DNA of 64,000 bases, taken from the NCBI GenBank assembly GCA_001771135.1, contig MESW01000003.1, positions 8,719 to 72,718 on the forward strand, written 5' to 3'. How positions within the stretch are numbered: the first letter of the stretch is position 1; each line of letters begins with the position of its first letter. The stretch is from a candidate division CPR3 bacterium GWF2_35_18. Its GTDB lineage: Bacteria > Patescibacteriota > CPR3 > GWF2-35-18. Shown here piece by piece: positions 9,564 to 19,287 of this stretch. A model generated the notes under the pieces. That model saw only the letters and a program-made list of their open reading frames with translations, was not told the DNA's origin and searched no databases. Both the position numbers and the translations under genes were made by a program.

Positions 9564-10061
9564 ATGAATGATGAAGTAACCCAAATCCCTTTGTACGAAA
9601 GAATTCCAAATAATGATGCGGTTGCGGAGTGGTTAGCCGTAGGAACTTTAAACGGTGTAGTCAAGAAACTTTTAATGCGTGATGGAATTATTACCGTTAA
9701 TAATGAAGGTGTAATGATTGCTCAAGATGTTGGAATTGAACCTTATCGAATAAGAGATGAAGTGGCTAGACAGATATTTGCAGAAGCAAAAGGCAATGTG
9801 GAAGTTTCAATCAAACTTCCCAAGAGTGAAGTCAAACAAGATCCTCTAAAAGGTAAACGAAAAGGGGTAAACTACATGCAACGCAATGGTATAAAGTTAA
9901 GTATCAAGGATGAACAACATAACATATTTGCTTGTGAACTATATCCAGCGACAGCAGATAAAAAAATAAAAGATGGGAGTGATGAATCTTGGGAAGCTTT
10001 GACAAACCAGGAAGTCCGTACTTTAATACAGGTTATTGAAACAGGAATCCTTGCTAGTTAA
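9564..10061 (+). CDS. Hypothetical protein (start trimmed to MNDEV to clear tRNA-Gly)
   Basis: 165-aa ORF; no recognisable motif; no obvious SD. Confidence 0.35.
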   Translation: MNDEVTQIPLYERIPNNDAVAEWLAVGTLNGVVKKLLMRDGIITVNNEGVMIAQDVGIEPYRIRDEVARQIFAEAKGNVEVSIKLPKSEVKQDPLKGKRKGVNYMQRNGIKLSIKDEQHNIFACELYPATADKKIKDGSDESWEALTNQEVRTLIQVIETGILAS

Positions 10062-10068
10062 TATTTGT

Positions 10069-10139
10069 TGCGGGATAGTGAAATGGTATCACAGCGGCCT
10101 TTGAAGCCGTTTTTCTTGGTTCGAATCCAAGTCCCGCAG
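10069..10139 (+). tRNA. tRNA-Gln (anticodon TTG)
   Basis: Acceptor TGCGGGA/TCCCGCA, anticodon arm GCGGC-CTTTGAA-GCCGT, T-arm GGTTCGAATCC; no CCA. Confidence 0.8.
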
Positions 10140-10184
10140 TAAACACATCTTTACTTTTTTAATAGACTTTAGATATCCTATAGC

Positions 10185-10214
10185 TTGACAATATCTACAC
10201 TTTCAGGTAAAATC
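10185..10214 (+). promoter_or_regulatory. Sigma70-type promoter (TTGACA-17 bp-TAAAAT) for surface protein gene
   Basis: Perfect -35 TTGACA, 17-bp spacer, -10 TAAAAT about 32 bp upstream of ATG at 10247. Confidence 0.6.
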
Positions 10215-10246
10215 TCGCAAATTATTTTAATATTGGAGTTTTTTCA

Positions 10247-11764
10247 ATGAGTAAAAAATTATTAGTCTTTGTCTCTTTAATATCATTATTATTTGCAAAT
10301 TATTTTGTTTATGTACCAAAAGTTTCAGCGGCATATGTTCCTTCATCTTTTACATCAACATCTTATATTACAGGCGAGAAAGCTACATATAAACTATCAT
10401 TTACTTTACCGATGTCTTTAAAAATCGGTAAGATTGGAGTCTCTTTTGCTAATCCCTATGTGGATTTTTCAGGAGCTTCTCTATCTGTTTCCGGTATCTC
10501 AGGGGGTTCTTGTTATGTTGATTATGAACCTGGAATCTCTGGAAACCAAGATTTAGTCTGTAAATTCAACTCTGTCGTTACGACAGCTCCGAATACGACT
10601 ATTGTAATGACAGTTACAAATGCTAAGAATCCAAGTGGCAGTACTGCTAGCATTGGTTGGGATTATATTATGTTGTCGGATAGTCCGACTGCAAATCATG
10701 ATTCTTTCTGGGAATATAATCAAAACAATGATCCTGATTATCGAATTCAATCTAATATTTACGTTAGTTTAACTGATCCGGAGCCGGAGCCAGAGCCGAC
10801 ACCTGTGCCTACTCCAGCACCTACACCGACACTATCTCCGACTCCAGCACCAACTCCGAGTCCAGCTCCTATTAACAACAATGTAGATGTAGATATAGAT
10901 ATTACAATCGTTAGTATCGAAATAAATAGCTATTATTATTTTGAAGGTTCTAATACTACTAAGCTGTCTGATATAAAAGATACAAAGAGTGTCCCCAATT
11001 TTACCCTCGATCGTCAGAATCTTTGTATGATGACTTTTATCGGAAATATTGATATGTCTTCTCAAAATGTCGTGAATACCGTAAAAAATCTTGATCAAAA
11101 TGTCAGTTTTGAATATATGTATTTTTGGGTTTCTTGGGAGTTTTGGGCTTATTTTGAAAAGCCATTAGAAGTTACGTTCTATGATGAAAAAGATCAGATT
11201 AAAGAAGATTCAGAAATAGTTCTTAATGGAAAAGTATTAAACACTAGCGATTATAAAATAACGACAACTGAAAACGGTGATAAACAGGTAGAGGTATCTT
11301 CTGAAGTTATTAAGGAGAATAAAACAGATAACAATAAAATTGAAATCAAGGTCGAACCGAAGCTAACTCTGAATATATCTGATCCAGAGATTAAAGTTTA
11401 TGATTCAAGTTATAATTTGGAAGGTTCAATCTCGGATATATCAAGTGAAATTTACGTTGAATTCAATGGTAAAAATGAAAAAGTTGAAATCGATGAGAAC
11501 GGTAAATTCTCTAAAAATTTAGAATTAATGTTAGGTAGAAACACTTTGAAAGTCGAAGCAAAGAAAGATGGAACAGTTATAAAGTCCCAAGATGCAACTA
11601 TTATTTATGAAAATGATTCTTCTGCCAAACTACTAAATCAACTTAAGGATTTCTTTGATAAATATAGATACTTAATTTTAGGAATACTTGGATTTATACT
11701 ATTAATTCCGGTTTCAATTTTGGGATATGTGATCTTTAAGTTAGCGAAAAAGAAGAAAAACTAA
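10247..11764 (+). CDS. Secreted/cell-surface protein with signal peptide, Pro-Thr-rich linker (PEPEPEPTPVPTPAPTP…) and C-terminal TM anchor + KKKKN tail
   Basis: 505 aa; N-terminal hydrophobic signal, low-complexity PT linker encoded by degenerate repeats ~10790-10880, C-terminal hydrophobic helix followed by basic tail. Confidence 0.7.
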   Translation: MSKKLLVFVSLISLLFANYFVYVPKVSAAYVPSSFTSTSYITGEKATYKLSFTLPMSLKIGKIGVSFANPYVDFSGASLSVSGISGGSCYVDYEPGISGNQDLVCKFNSVVTTAPNTTIVMTVTNAKNPSGSTASIGWDYIMLSDSPTANHDSFWEYNQNNDPDYRIQSNIYVSLTDPEPEPEPTPVPTPAPTPTLSPTPAPTPSPAPINNNVDVDIDITIVSIEINSYYYFEGSNTTKLSDIKDTKSVPNFTLDRQNLCMMTFIGNIDMSSQNVVNTVKNLDQNVSFEYMYFWVSWEFWAYFEKPLEVTFYDEKDQIKEDSEIVLNGKVLNTSDYKITTTENGDKQVEVSSEVIKENKTDNNKIEIKVEPKLTLNISDPEIKVYDSSYNLEGSISDISSEIYVEFNGKNEKVEIDENGKFSKNLELMLGRNTLKVEAKKDGTVIKSQDATIIYENDSSAKLLNQLKDFFDKYRYLILGILGFILLIPVSILGYVIFKLAKKKKN

Positions 11765-12348
11765 TTTAGTAATTCTTCATTCAGCTTTTGAAAATTCTCG
11801 CAATAGATCATGATTTCATAAGAGTTTGACGTAATTTGTTTAGAATCGGAACTTACTTTTTCCTTAATAAGTTGGGAAAACAATTCAAACCATTCTCCTT
11901 CATATAATTTCCGAGGTACTTTTGTATCTAGAAATTTTATTTTTATAGTATTCTTATCCGGATTTTCCAATTGAACCTTCAAACTTGGAGCGAAAAAAGG
12001 AATTGTTTTTTCGATTGTTCGCAAGATTGTTGGATTGAAAAAGGTATTTTTAAAAATATTGGTCTTACTAACCATACTAATTCCGATTTTGGTCATTTTA
12101 GTGGAAATTAATTTTTGCGCCAGAATTCTACCCATTTCAAACAGACTAGATCCATTAGTATTTTTGAATATTACTTTTGTTGCAGCTATCAAAAGACGGA
12201 TATTATCATCTTCAGAGTATATTTCCGTGGCTTTAAAATCAAGGTTTCCATATTCTTCTTCCAGGTTTTTTATTCCAGCCATACCGGCTTTTTTATCAAC
12301 CTCTTCTACAATATATTTCATTCGATAACCTTTGACATTTGCAGGCAT
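11761..12348 (-). CDS. Hypothetical protein
   Basis: 195-aa ORF, host codon usage. Confidence 0.45.
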   Translation of the reverse strand: MPANVKGYRMKYIVEEVDKKAGMAGIKNLEEEYGNLDFKATEIYSEDDNIRLLIAATKVIFKNTNGSSLFEMGRILAQKLISTKMTKIGISMVSKTNIFKNTFFNPTILRTIEKTIPFFAPSLKVQLENPDKNTIKIKFLDTKVPRKLYEGEWFELFSQLIKEKVSSDSKQITSNSYEIMIYCENFQKLNEELLN

Positions 12349-12405
12349 ATAAAAATTGATTATTACTACAAATTAACCTAGAATAATTATAGTTATTATT
12401 AATTA

Positions 12406-13260
12406 TTGATTCAAGCTATGCGATATTTAGGTTGTCATGTCTCAGTTGCTGGTGGGTTACAAAATGCGATCACAAACGCTGAGAAGCTAGTTGTAAACTC
12501 TATTCAGATTCATCCCTCTCCTCCACAACGTTGGATTTCAAAAGAGTTTCAGGATGAAATTGCCAAAAACTTCAATGCAGTAAGAAAAAATAGTAATGTA
12601 GAAAAAGTTTTTTTCCACGGAATTTATCTCATCAATTTAGCAACTCCAAATAAACAAAATTTTCATCTTTCCAAAATTTCTTTAGTTTACTATCTGAATC
12701 TTTGTGAAAAAATCAAAGGTGATGGAGTGATTTTTCATATGGGTTCTTTTAAAGATATTTCTGAGGATGATGGTTTTAAACAGATTATTCTCGGAATTAA
12801 TTGGATTCTGGAACAAACTGAGAATAAGTCGAAGCTGATACTAGAATCTGCCGCTGGTGCTGGGAACATTGTCGGTGACAGATTGGAAGAATTGGCAAAA
12901 GTTTATGATGGAATTAAGAATAAAGACAGGGTAGCGTTTGCTTTGGATACTCAACATATGTGGGCTTCAGGTTATGACTGGGTAAAGAACACAGAAAAAA
13001 TAGTCAAAGACATGGATCATTTTCTGGGATTAGACAAAATATTAGCTTTTCATCTTAATGATAGTAAAACAGACCTGGGTTCAAAAAAAGATCGGCATGA
13101 GAATTTGGGAATGGGTTTAATTGGCGAGAAAGGCATTAAAAACGTGATCAATCATCCAAAATTAAAACAGATACCTTTTATTCTAGAGACTCCGGTACTT
13201 AAAGATATGAGTACTGCCAAATCAGACATTGATAAGCTAAAATCATGGGTTGAAGACTAG
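12406..13260 (+). CDS. nfo: Endonuclease IV (AP endonuclease family 2)
   Basis: 284 aa; N-terminus MRYLGCHVSVAGGL matches Nfo (MKFVGAHVSAAGG); HMGS and HLNDSK metal-ligand motifs. Confidence 0.85.
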   Translation: MIQAMRYLGCHVSVAGGLQNAITNAEKLVVNSIQIHPSPPQRWISKEFQDEIAKNFNAVRKNSNVEKVFFHGIYLINLATPNKQNFHLSKISLVYYLNLCEKIKGDGVIFHMGSFKDISEDDGFKQIILGINWILEQTENKSKLILESAAGAGNIVGDRLEELAKVYDGIKNKDRVAFALDTQHMWASGYDWVKNTEKIVKDMDHFLGLDKILAFHLNDSKTDLGSKKDRHENLGMGLIGEKGIKNVINHPKLKQIPFILETPVLKDMSTAKSDIDKLKSWVED

Positions 13261-13311
13261 GTTTATTGTGAAAGATTTTAGAAAAGCTAATAACTAGTTA
13301 ACCAAAGGAGA

Positions 13312-14028
13312 TTAGATTTTGAAAAGGGCTCTTATTAAAAAGTATATATAGTAAAATCCAATTATCATAAAGACGCTTGCTATCAAATACCGCATTCCTT
13401 TTTCAATTTTTTGAGCGACTTTGAAGGCTTGACCGAGTTTTTGCATACTAAAAACCAGAAGAATAGAGAATAATAGCACTGGTAAACCGGTTCCGATTGC
13501 AAATAATGGCGGTAAGAAAAGTCCTTCTGATGAATTTAAAACGAATGGTATTAACACTCCAAAAAATAGCACACCACTATAAGGACAAAAGGCGAGCGCA
13601 AAAATTACCCCAAGTAAAAATGTTCCCCAGTAACCTTTTTGAGTTAAACTTAATTTGAATTTTTCTAATTTCTCGTTTTTAACTTTGAGATTAAGTTTAA
13701 TAACGCCAAACATTATTAAACTAATTAAGATTAAAATTGGACCTAATATCTTTTCTCCCCAACCTTGAAAGATATTAGAGACATCAAAAGAAGACCAGCC
13801 AAAATAAATTAATGTTGCCAAAAGAGTATAGGTTAATCCTCTTCCTAAAATATAAAAAAAAGCGTTAAAAAGGGTGTGCTTAAGTGTTTTGATTTCTTTG
13901 GAAATAAATGCAATCGCAGTGATGTTAGTAGCTAACGGACAGGGACTAATTGAAGTTAGAATTCCCAAAAGAAAAGCAGTTAATAATGGTATATTGTATT
14001 GATCAATTATTGTATTTATAAAGTTCAT
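13312..14028 (-). CDS. CcdA/DsbD-family thiol-disulfide transporter
   Basis: 238 aa, 6 TM; membrane-embedded Cys in SPCPLA and FCPYSG motifs. Confidence 0.65.
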   Translation of the reverse strand: MNFINTIIDQYNIPLLTAFLLGILTSISPCPLATNITAIAFISKEIKTLKHTLFNAFFYILGRGLTYTLLATLIYFGWSSFDVSNIFQGWGEKILGPILILISLIMFGVIKLNLKVKNEKLEKFKLSLTQKGYWGTFLLGVIFALAFCPYSGVLFFGVLIPFVLNSSEGLFLPPLFAIGTGLPVLLFSILLVFSMQKLGQAFKVAQKIEKGMRYLIASVFMIIGFYYIYFLIRALFKI

Positions 14029-14498
14029 AAATATTCTTTTAATTTATTCTCAAAATACTCTAGGTATTGATTCTCATTAGAAACTAAACGCCAGACTGAC
14101 GTATCTTCCTGAATGTGATTTTTATCGTCATAAATAACATTTACAAAAAGAGACGATCCTCTTGCCTGAAACTTTGATACAATCTCTTCATTCTCTTCTA
14201 AATCAATATTCACATCTAAAAATACCACTTTGTTTGATTTATTTTCTTCAAGCAACTTTTCTTCAACTACTTTCTTGGCATATTTGCCAATCGTAATACA
14301 GGAGTAGCACTGACGGGTAGTATGAAAATGAACCACCTCAATTTTGTCAGCTTTTACATTCTGTGATAGTGAAGATGTGCCTTGTATATTGTTTTGTAAT
14401 TTGGTCTCTTGAGAATTTCGACTGTTTTTATAGACAGAATATACTGTAGCTCCAAAAATTAGAACGATAATTGAAGGGATAATGAGTCTTTTAAGCAT
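14025..14498 (-). CDS. Membrane-anchored CxxC (thioredoxin-like?) protein
   Basis: 157 aa; N-terminal TM; CYSC motif; 4-nt overlap with the CcdA-family gene suggests operon. Confidence 0.4.
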   Translation of the reverse strand: MLKRLIIPSIIVLIFGATVYSVYKNSRNSQETKLQNNIQGTSSLSQNVKADKIEVVHFHTTRQCYSCITIGKYAKKVVEEKLLEENKSNKVVFLDVNIDLEENEEIVSKFQARGSSLFVNVIYDDKNHIQEDTSVWRLVSNENQYLEYFENKLKEYL

Positions 14499-14515
14499 TT
14501 TTTCTCCAATGTTGA

Positions 14516-15505
14516 CTATAAAATTATATTAAAGAGATAACCCATAATCATAATCCCGATAATAGTAATTCCCAAAAATATTGCCAACAATTGCCATCGC
14601 ATCACCTTTTTTAGAATCATTAGCTCTGGAATAGATACCGTTACAATAGCTGTCATAAATGATAATGCGGTTCCAAGTGGGACACCTTTTCCAACTAACG
14701 CTTCCATAACTGGAATAACGCTCACAGAATTAGCATAAAGAGGCGAACCTAATAAAGTAGCCAAGGGTATAGTCCACCAAGTTTTCATAGAAAGATATTT
14801 TTCAACCAGTGAAGCAGGAACAAAACCATGAATAAGTGCTCCAATGCTAACTCCTAAGATAACATATGGAAACACATTTTTCGTTATAACCATACCGTCT
14901 TTCCAAAAATATTTTATAAGTTTTTTCCATGTTAGAGAATTTCCACCATTTTCAGCTTCAATTTGTTGACGAGACTTGAATTTCAAAAGCTCTGGCTTTA
15001 CATATTTTTCGACACTCAATTTTTGAATCAACATTCCCCCCAACATGGCAATTGATATTCCTAATATATTGTAGATAATGGTAACTTTCATTCCAAACAT
15101 AGCCGGAAAAAGATACAAAGAGGATTCGTTTATAAGCGGAGAGCTTATCAAGAAAGCAAAGGTAACACCTAAAGGTATTCCTGCTCCCATAAACCCGATA
15201 AAAAGAGGGATTGATGAACAGGAACAAAAAGGAGTAATCATTCCAAGCAAAGCCGCAAAAAGATAATCCAGTCCGAACCACCGTCGTTTGGTTAAAATAT
15301 TCCGAACCTTTTCCATGGGAAAATAATACCGAATAATTGCCATTACATAGTTAATTACTACAAGAAGTAAACCAATTTTGATGACATCATAAATAAAAAA
15401 ATTAATTGTGTCTCCCCAATATGAATGAGGTATGATGCGGAAAACATCATACGTTATGAAATCTGAAAAGATTTGGATCGGTTTAAAAATATCCATTACT
15501 GACAA
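14516..15505 (-). CDS. ArsP-like permease (DUF318/YraQ family)
   Basis: 329 aa polytopic; conserved TPFCSCSSIP motif characteristic of ArsP/DUF318 permeases. Confidence 0.65.
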   Translation of the reverse strand: MSVMDIFKPIQIFSDFITYDVFRIIPHSYWGDTINFFIYDVIKIGLLLVVINYVMAIIRYYFPMEKVRNILTKRRWFGLDYLFAALLGMITPFCSCSSIPLFIGFMGAGIPLGVTFAFLISSPLINESSLYLFPAMFGMKVTIIYNILGISIAMLGGMLIQKLSVEKYVKPELLKFKSRQQIEAENGGNSLTWKKLIKYFWKDGMVITKNVFPYVILGVSIGALIHGFVPASLVEKYLSMKTWWTIPLATLLGSPLYANSVSVIPVMEALVGKGVPLGTALSFMTAIVTVSIPELMILKKVMRWQLLAIFLGITIIGIMIMGYLFNIIL

Positions 15506-16206
15506 TTACCTCCACAGCTACATTTAACCTTTTCAGTCTTTGTAGTTCCAGAAATAATCGCTTGCTTAATTTCTTCGATATCAGGATTGAATCCCTCCAT
15601 GGCAATTTTTCCGTTAACAATTAATAAAGGACTACTCATTGCCCCTAACTCGATAATTTTTTGTATTCCAGATTCTCCTGAAATATATTCGACATTATTT
15701 ACCATATTCATCTCTGCAACCGCCTTTTGGGTAATTTCATAAAGCTTTTTACAGGTTGGACAACCAGAACCTATAACTTGGATGTTCATTTTTTTCCTTT
15801 CATTGACATTATTATCAGCTATATTACTGAGTCTGTTCATAATAGCTTGTTTTACAAGATTAGTAGGAATTTCTTCATAAACATTTTTTCCTTGATTTAC
15901 CGTCCTGCAATTACAACCTTTGGGATCGTCTATCAAATCCGAACACGAATCACAATAATTAACTCCGGTAGTTGTATTCGGGATAAGATTTTCTAAAAGG
16001 ATTCCATCAATTAGTATCTGATTTGACTCTGCCATACGACTATCGGGAAGTTTTGTTTCTTGAAACTCAATTTCTAACTCTTTTAATGCATATTCATCTT
16101 TAAGCTTTTTTATAACTGCATTCAAATTATCGCCTGTTTGAGAACAACGCTTACAAGTTGCACCGTCTTTATCAAAATGTTTCCACTCGATTGATAATTT
16201 TTTCAT
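15496..16206 (-). CDS. Cys-rich N-terminal domain fused to redox-active-disulfide (thioredoxin-fold, GCPTC) domain
   Basis: 236 aa; C-terminal MNIQVIGSGCPTCKK… typical of 'redox-active disulfide protein 2' family; N-terminal half has CxxC, CxxC, CxC clusters. Confidence 0.6.
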   Translation of the reverse strand: MKKLSIEWKHFDKDGATCKRCSQTGDNLNAVIKKLKDEYALKELEIEFQETKLPDSRMAESNQILIDGILLENLIPNTTTGVNYCDSCSDLIDDPKGCNCRTVNQGKNVYEEIPTNLVKQAIMNRLSNIADNNVNERKKMNIQVIGSGCPTCKKLYEITQKAVAEMNMVNNVEYISGESGIQKIIELGAMSSPLLIVNGKIAMEGFNPDIEEIKQAIISGTTKTEKVKCSCGGNCQ

Positions 16207-16213
16207 ATATAAA

Positions 16214-16525
16214 TTAATTTATGTTAAATAGTAGATTCGTAATCTCTTTACCTTTTTTAGTAAGAGAGTAATAGACATATAATCCTCTTTTCTCATCTTG
16301 AACTATACCTGCTTCTTTAAGATCTTTGAGATGATGAGAAACAAGACTTTGAGAAAGATTTACATGCTCTATTAGTTCACAAACACAATGTGTCCCATTC
16401 CTTAGAATACAGAGAATCTTTAAGCGACTCTCTTCACCAATAATTTTAAGTAAAGAGGAAATAGAAGAAGCCTTATGAAATTCCTTTTTATTAGAATTAC
16501 AACAATTATATGAACTCATATTCAT
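16214..16525 (-). CDS. arsR: ArsR/SmtB-family metalloregulator
   Basis: 103 aa; wHTH with ELCVCEL-type metal site (CVCELIEHVNLSQSLVSHHLKDLKEAG). Confidence 0.85.
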   Translation of the reverse strand: MNMSSYNCCNSNKKEFHKASSISSLLKIIGEESRLKILCILRNGTHCVCELIEHVNLSQSLVSHHLKDLKEAGIVQDEKRGLYVYYSLTKKGKEITNLLFNIN

Positions 16526-16527
16526 GT

Positions 16528-16557
16528 ATAGTACAGATTACATTATTCTATGTCAAC
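16528..16557 (-). promoter_or_regulatory. Putative promoter (TTGACA-17-TACTAT) abutting arsR start; transcript may be leaderless
   Basis: On minus strand TTGACA…TACTAT ends about 6 nt before the arsR ATG. Confidence 0.4.
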
Positions 16558-16668
16558 AATGAAGTGATATTTTAAAAAGATATTTATGATGAATAGTTTT
16601 TGTAAAGTTAATGATTAGATTTATCTCAAAGATGAGACTTAAGCTTCTGCAATTTATTCATAAATTTA

Positions 16669-16752
16669 TGCTGGAGATGGGATTCGAACCCACACGAGGT
16701 TGCCCTCACTAGCTTCTGAGACTAGCTTGTCTGCCAGTTCCAACACTCCAGC
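16669..16752 (-). tRNA. tRNA-Leu (anticodon CAG), class II
   Basis: Minus strand: acceptor GCTGGAG/CTCCAGC, anticodon stem CTAGT/GCTAG with loop CTCAGAA, long variable arm, T-arm GGTTCGAATCC. Confidence 0.75.
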
Positions 16753-16795
16753 ATTCTAAAGCGAATATACCATTCCGCCATCACCGCAAACCAGT

Positions 16796-18424
16796 CTATT
16801 TCAATAAACTATTAAATCTGTCTTCTGGGGTATAAATTTGTGATATGGGCATTTTATCAGCAAAACGATTAATAATAAAATAATAGTAATTAGGTTGATA
16901 AAGCATCACGGCGGGAATTTCACTCTGAAAGTATCTTTGAAAATCTTTATAGGCAGTGATTCTTTTTGCTTGATCGGTCGTTTTTCTCTCTTGTTCTAAT
17001 GCTCTATCGGCAAAACGACTTTTAAATTGGGAAATATTGAGATTTGGATAATCAGTTTGCGTAGAATGCCACAAAGCGTAGCGATCGGGATCATGAAATA
17101 CCTCTTGTCCTAGGAGTAATATTTCGAAGTCACGTGGTCCAACTACGGTATCACGTAGATTGTATAGGGTCACAGAATTTAGTTCTATTTTTAGTCCAAT
17201 ATCTTCCAGATGTTTCTTTAGAATTGTTGCGGTTTCGTAGTTCACTTCAGTATTTGGGTAGGTTAATGTAAATTGAAGTTCTTCCTCAGGGATATCCTTA
17301 ATTAATTCTTTTGCTTTAACAAGATCAAAAGCATAAGTTTTTATATCTTTATCATATGCCCAGGATGATGTTTCAATCGGACCGTTCATCTTGATTACTT
17401 CTTCATTGGGAAAAACGCTTTTAAGTAGTTCATCAAGGTTAATACTACGGGCGATAGCCTCACGTACTTCTATAGTATTAATTTTTTTAGCTGATTTCAA
17501 ATTGAAGAACAATCCGTAATATCGTTGTTCTAAGGGTTTTATATTAACTTTCTTTTTGGTCCAATCTTTCAAAGTATTTTGTAAATTTGAGTTTAACGAG
17601 CCAAATGAATCAATCTCGCCCATTTTAAAAGCATTAAGTAGAGCTTCTTCATTATCGTAGAAGTTGAAGCGTATTTTTGAGATTACGGAGTTGTTGTTTG
17701 TATTATTAAGAATTAAACTCTCAATTTTATGGGCGGCGTCAGAAAAAAGTTCCTTTTTAAAATATTTGAATTTTCCTGTTCCAACTGGGCTAACATTAAA
17801 AATATGGTCTGGTCGTAAAGCATCATTTACATCTTTAAATAGATGTTTTGGTAAGATCCCCACAGTGTTATGTTCTATAAAAGAAGCCAATGGAGCTTTT
17901 AAGGTCATCTTTAATTCTTTATCATTAATCTTTTCAATTTGAACATCGGAAAAGGCATCCTTCCAAAAATCATGGTAGTTATCAGATTGAATGACCTCAT
18001 AAGTAAAAAGAATGTCATCAATGGTGAGTTTTTGGCCGTCATGGAAATAAATATTGTCTTTTAAATAAAAGTGATAAACCTTTCCGTCCTCTTGGATTTC
18101 GTATTTTTCAGCAATATCTCCGATAAAACTTTTGGTATCATAGTCGTATTTGACGAGACCATTAAAAACTAAACTTGTGACGGTGCGATCGATCTCATTT
18201 TCTTCTGAGAAAAGAGGATTCAAAAATCGAGGTTGACCAATGATTCCCTCTCGAAGTTCATTCTGATGAAAAACAGTGGAAGAATAGTTCGTAGTTAGAT
18301 AATAAAGAATTGCGGCGACAATGGTAACACCTAGAATAATCGTTATGATTGAAGAAAAATGAGATTTTTTGATACTTTCTCGAGTTTCATTGATAAACTT
18401 AAGAGGAGAAATGGGTGTTGGCAT
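16796..18424 (-). CDS. ABC transporter substrate-binding protein, family 5 (OppA/DppA-like), membrane-anchored
   Basis: 542 aa; N-terminal TM anchor; SBP_bac_5-like core (…GLVKYD…YHFYLKDNIYFHDGQKLTIDDILFTYE…). Confidence 0.7.
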   Translation of the reverse strand: MPTPISPLKFINETRESIKKSHFSSIITIILGVTIVAAILYYLTTNYSSTVFHQNELREGIIGQPRFLNPLFSEENEIDRTVTSLVFNGLVKYDYDTKSFIGDIAEKYEIQEDGKVYHFYLKDNIYFHDGQKLTIDDILFTYEVIQSDNYHDFWKDAFSDVQIEKINDKELKMTLKAPLASFIEHNTVGILPKHLFKDVNDALRPDHIFNVSPVGTGKFKYFKKELFSDAAHKIESLILNNTNNNSVISKIRFNFYDNEEALLNAFKMGEIDSFGSLNSNLQNTLKDWTKKKVNIKPLEQRYYGLFFNLKSAKKINTIEVREAIARSINLDELLKSVFPNEEVIKMNGPIETSSWAYDKDIKTYAFDLVKAKELIKDIPEEELQFTLTYPNTEVNYETATILKKHLEDIGLKIELNSVTLYNLRDTVVGPRDFEILLLGQEVFHDPDRYALWHSTQTDYPNLNISQFKSRFADRALEQERKTTDQAKRITAYKDFQRYFQSEIPAVMLYQPNYYYFIINRFADKMPISQIYTPEDRFNSLLK

Positions 18425-18518
18425 GGGAATGAATTATCACGAACTTACGTGCGTGATATCTTCTATTTCTCGCTAGGCGAGTGATTTATGCTCAAATATA
18501 AATTAAAAAATAATAAAA

Positions 18519-18755
18519 CTACAGATAAAACAACACAAGTGCATTCGCGACAAAAAGAATCCCTAAGATAATAGTACTGTAGAAAAAAGTTTTTTCAATC
18601 CCCCTTTTGGAACGATAGAAACTTCCCCCTCCACCAAAAGTAAGACTTAAACCAGTTCCCTGTGACTGAGATAAAATAAGTAATACTAAAAGTGCGGCAA
18701 TGATTATCTGAGTAATTGTGAGTATTTTAGTTAAATCCATGATATTCCTTTCCAA
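18519..18755 (-). CDS. secG: Preprotein translocase subunit SecG
   Basis: 78 aa, two TM segments flanking Gly-rich LTFGGGGS loop typical of SecG. Confidence 0.7.
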   Translation of the reverse strand: MERNIMDLTKILTITQIIIAALLVLLILSQSQGTGLSLTFGGGGSFYRSKRGIEKTFFYSTIILGILFVANALVLFYL

Positions 18756-18843
18756 TCCTAATACGTTTCAAGATTATATACACAACTTCTTTTATTTGCA
18801 ACAATTGTAACCTCGTTTATCTTCAATATAGTTCAGAATCGGT

Positions 18844-19245
18844 TCAATCGATAAGCCACCCGATTACACTGGTTATTACTCCAATAATTACCGATGAAAT
18901 AATAGCAGTTCCCCAAACGGGTATTTGGTAAGGATTAATTATAAACCAACTTGTTTCAATTCCCGTAAAATAAAATCCTTGAATCGAAAACTGAGGCACA
19001 AAATAAGCTGTTAGATAAAGCATGGCAGCGTTAATAAGGATTCCGAAAAGTCCTAATGTTACAAGCTCTATGGGTAAGGTGAGGATCTTAATTATCGGTT
19101 TGACAAAGATGTTGGCAATAGCCAAAATGACCGCGATCTCAACTAGAGTAACAATTCCACCTTGATAATTAAGACCCGGAATAAAATGGGCCACGATGGC
19201 AATAGAAATCATGTTGAGAAGCACATTGAAAAAAATACGTTTCAT
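18844..19245 (-). CDS. Small polytopic membrane protein (DUF360/phage-holin-4-like family?)
   Basis: 133 aa, 4 predicted TM helices. Confidence 0.4.
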   Translation of the reverse strand: MKRIFFNVLLNMISIAIVAHFIPGLNYQGGIVTLVEIAVILAIANIFVKPIIKILTLPIELVTLGLFGILINAAMLYLTAYFVPQFSIQGFYFTGIETSWFIINPYQIPVWGTAIISSVIIGVITSVIGWLID

Positions 19246-19287
19246 ATCAATAAAGTTAGCACAAAATTAGAGGTTTAGTCAAAAATA

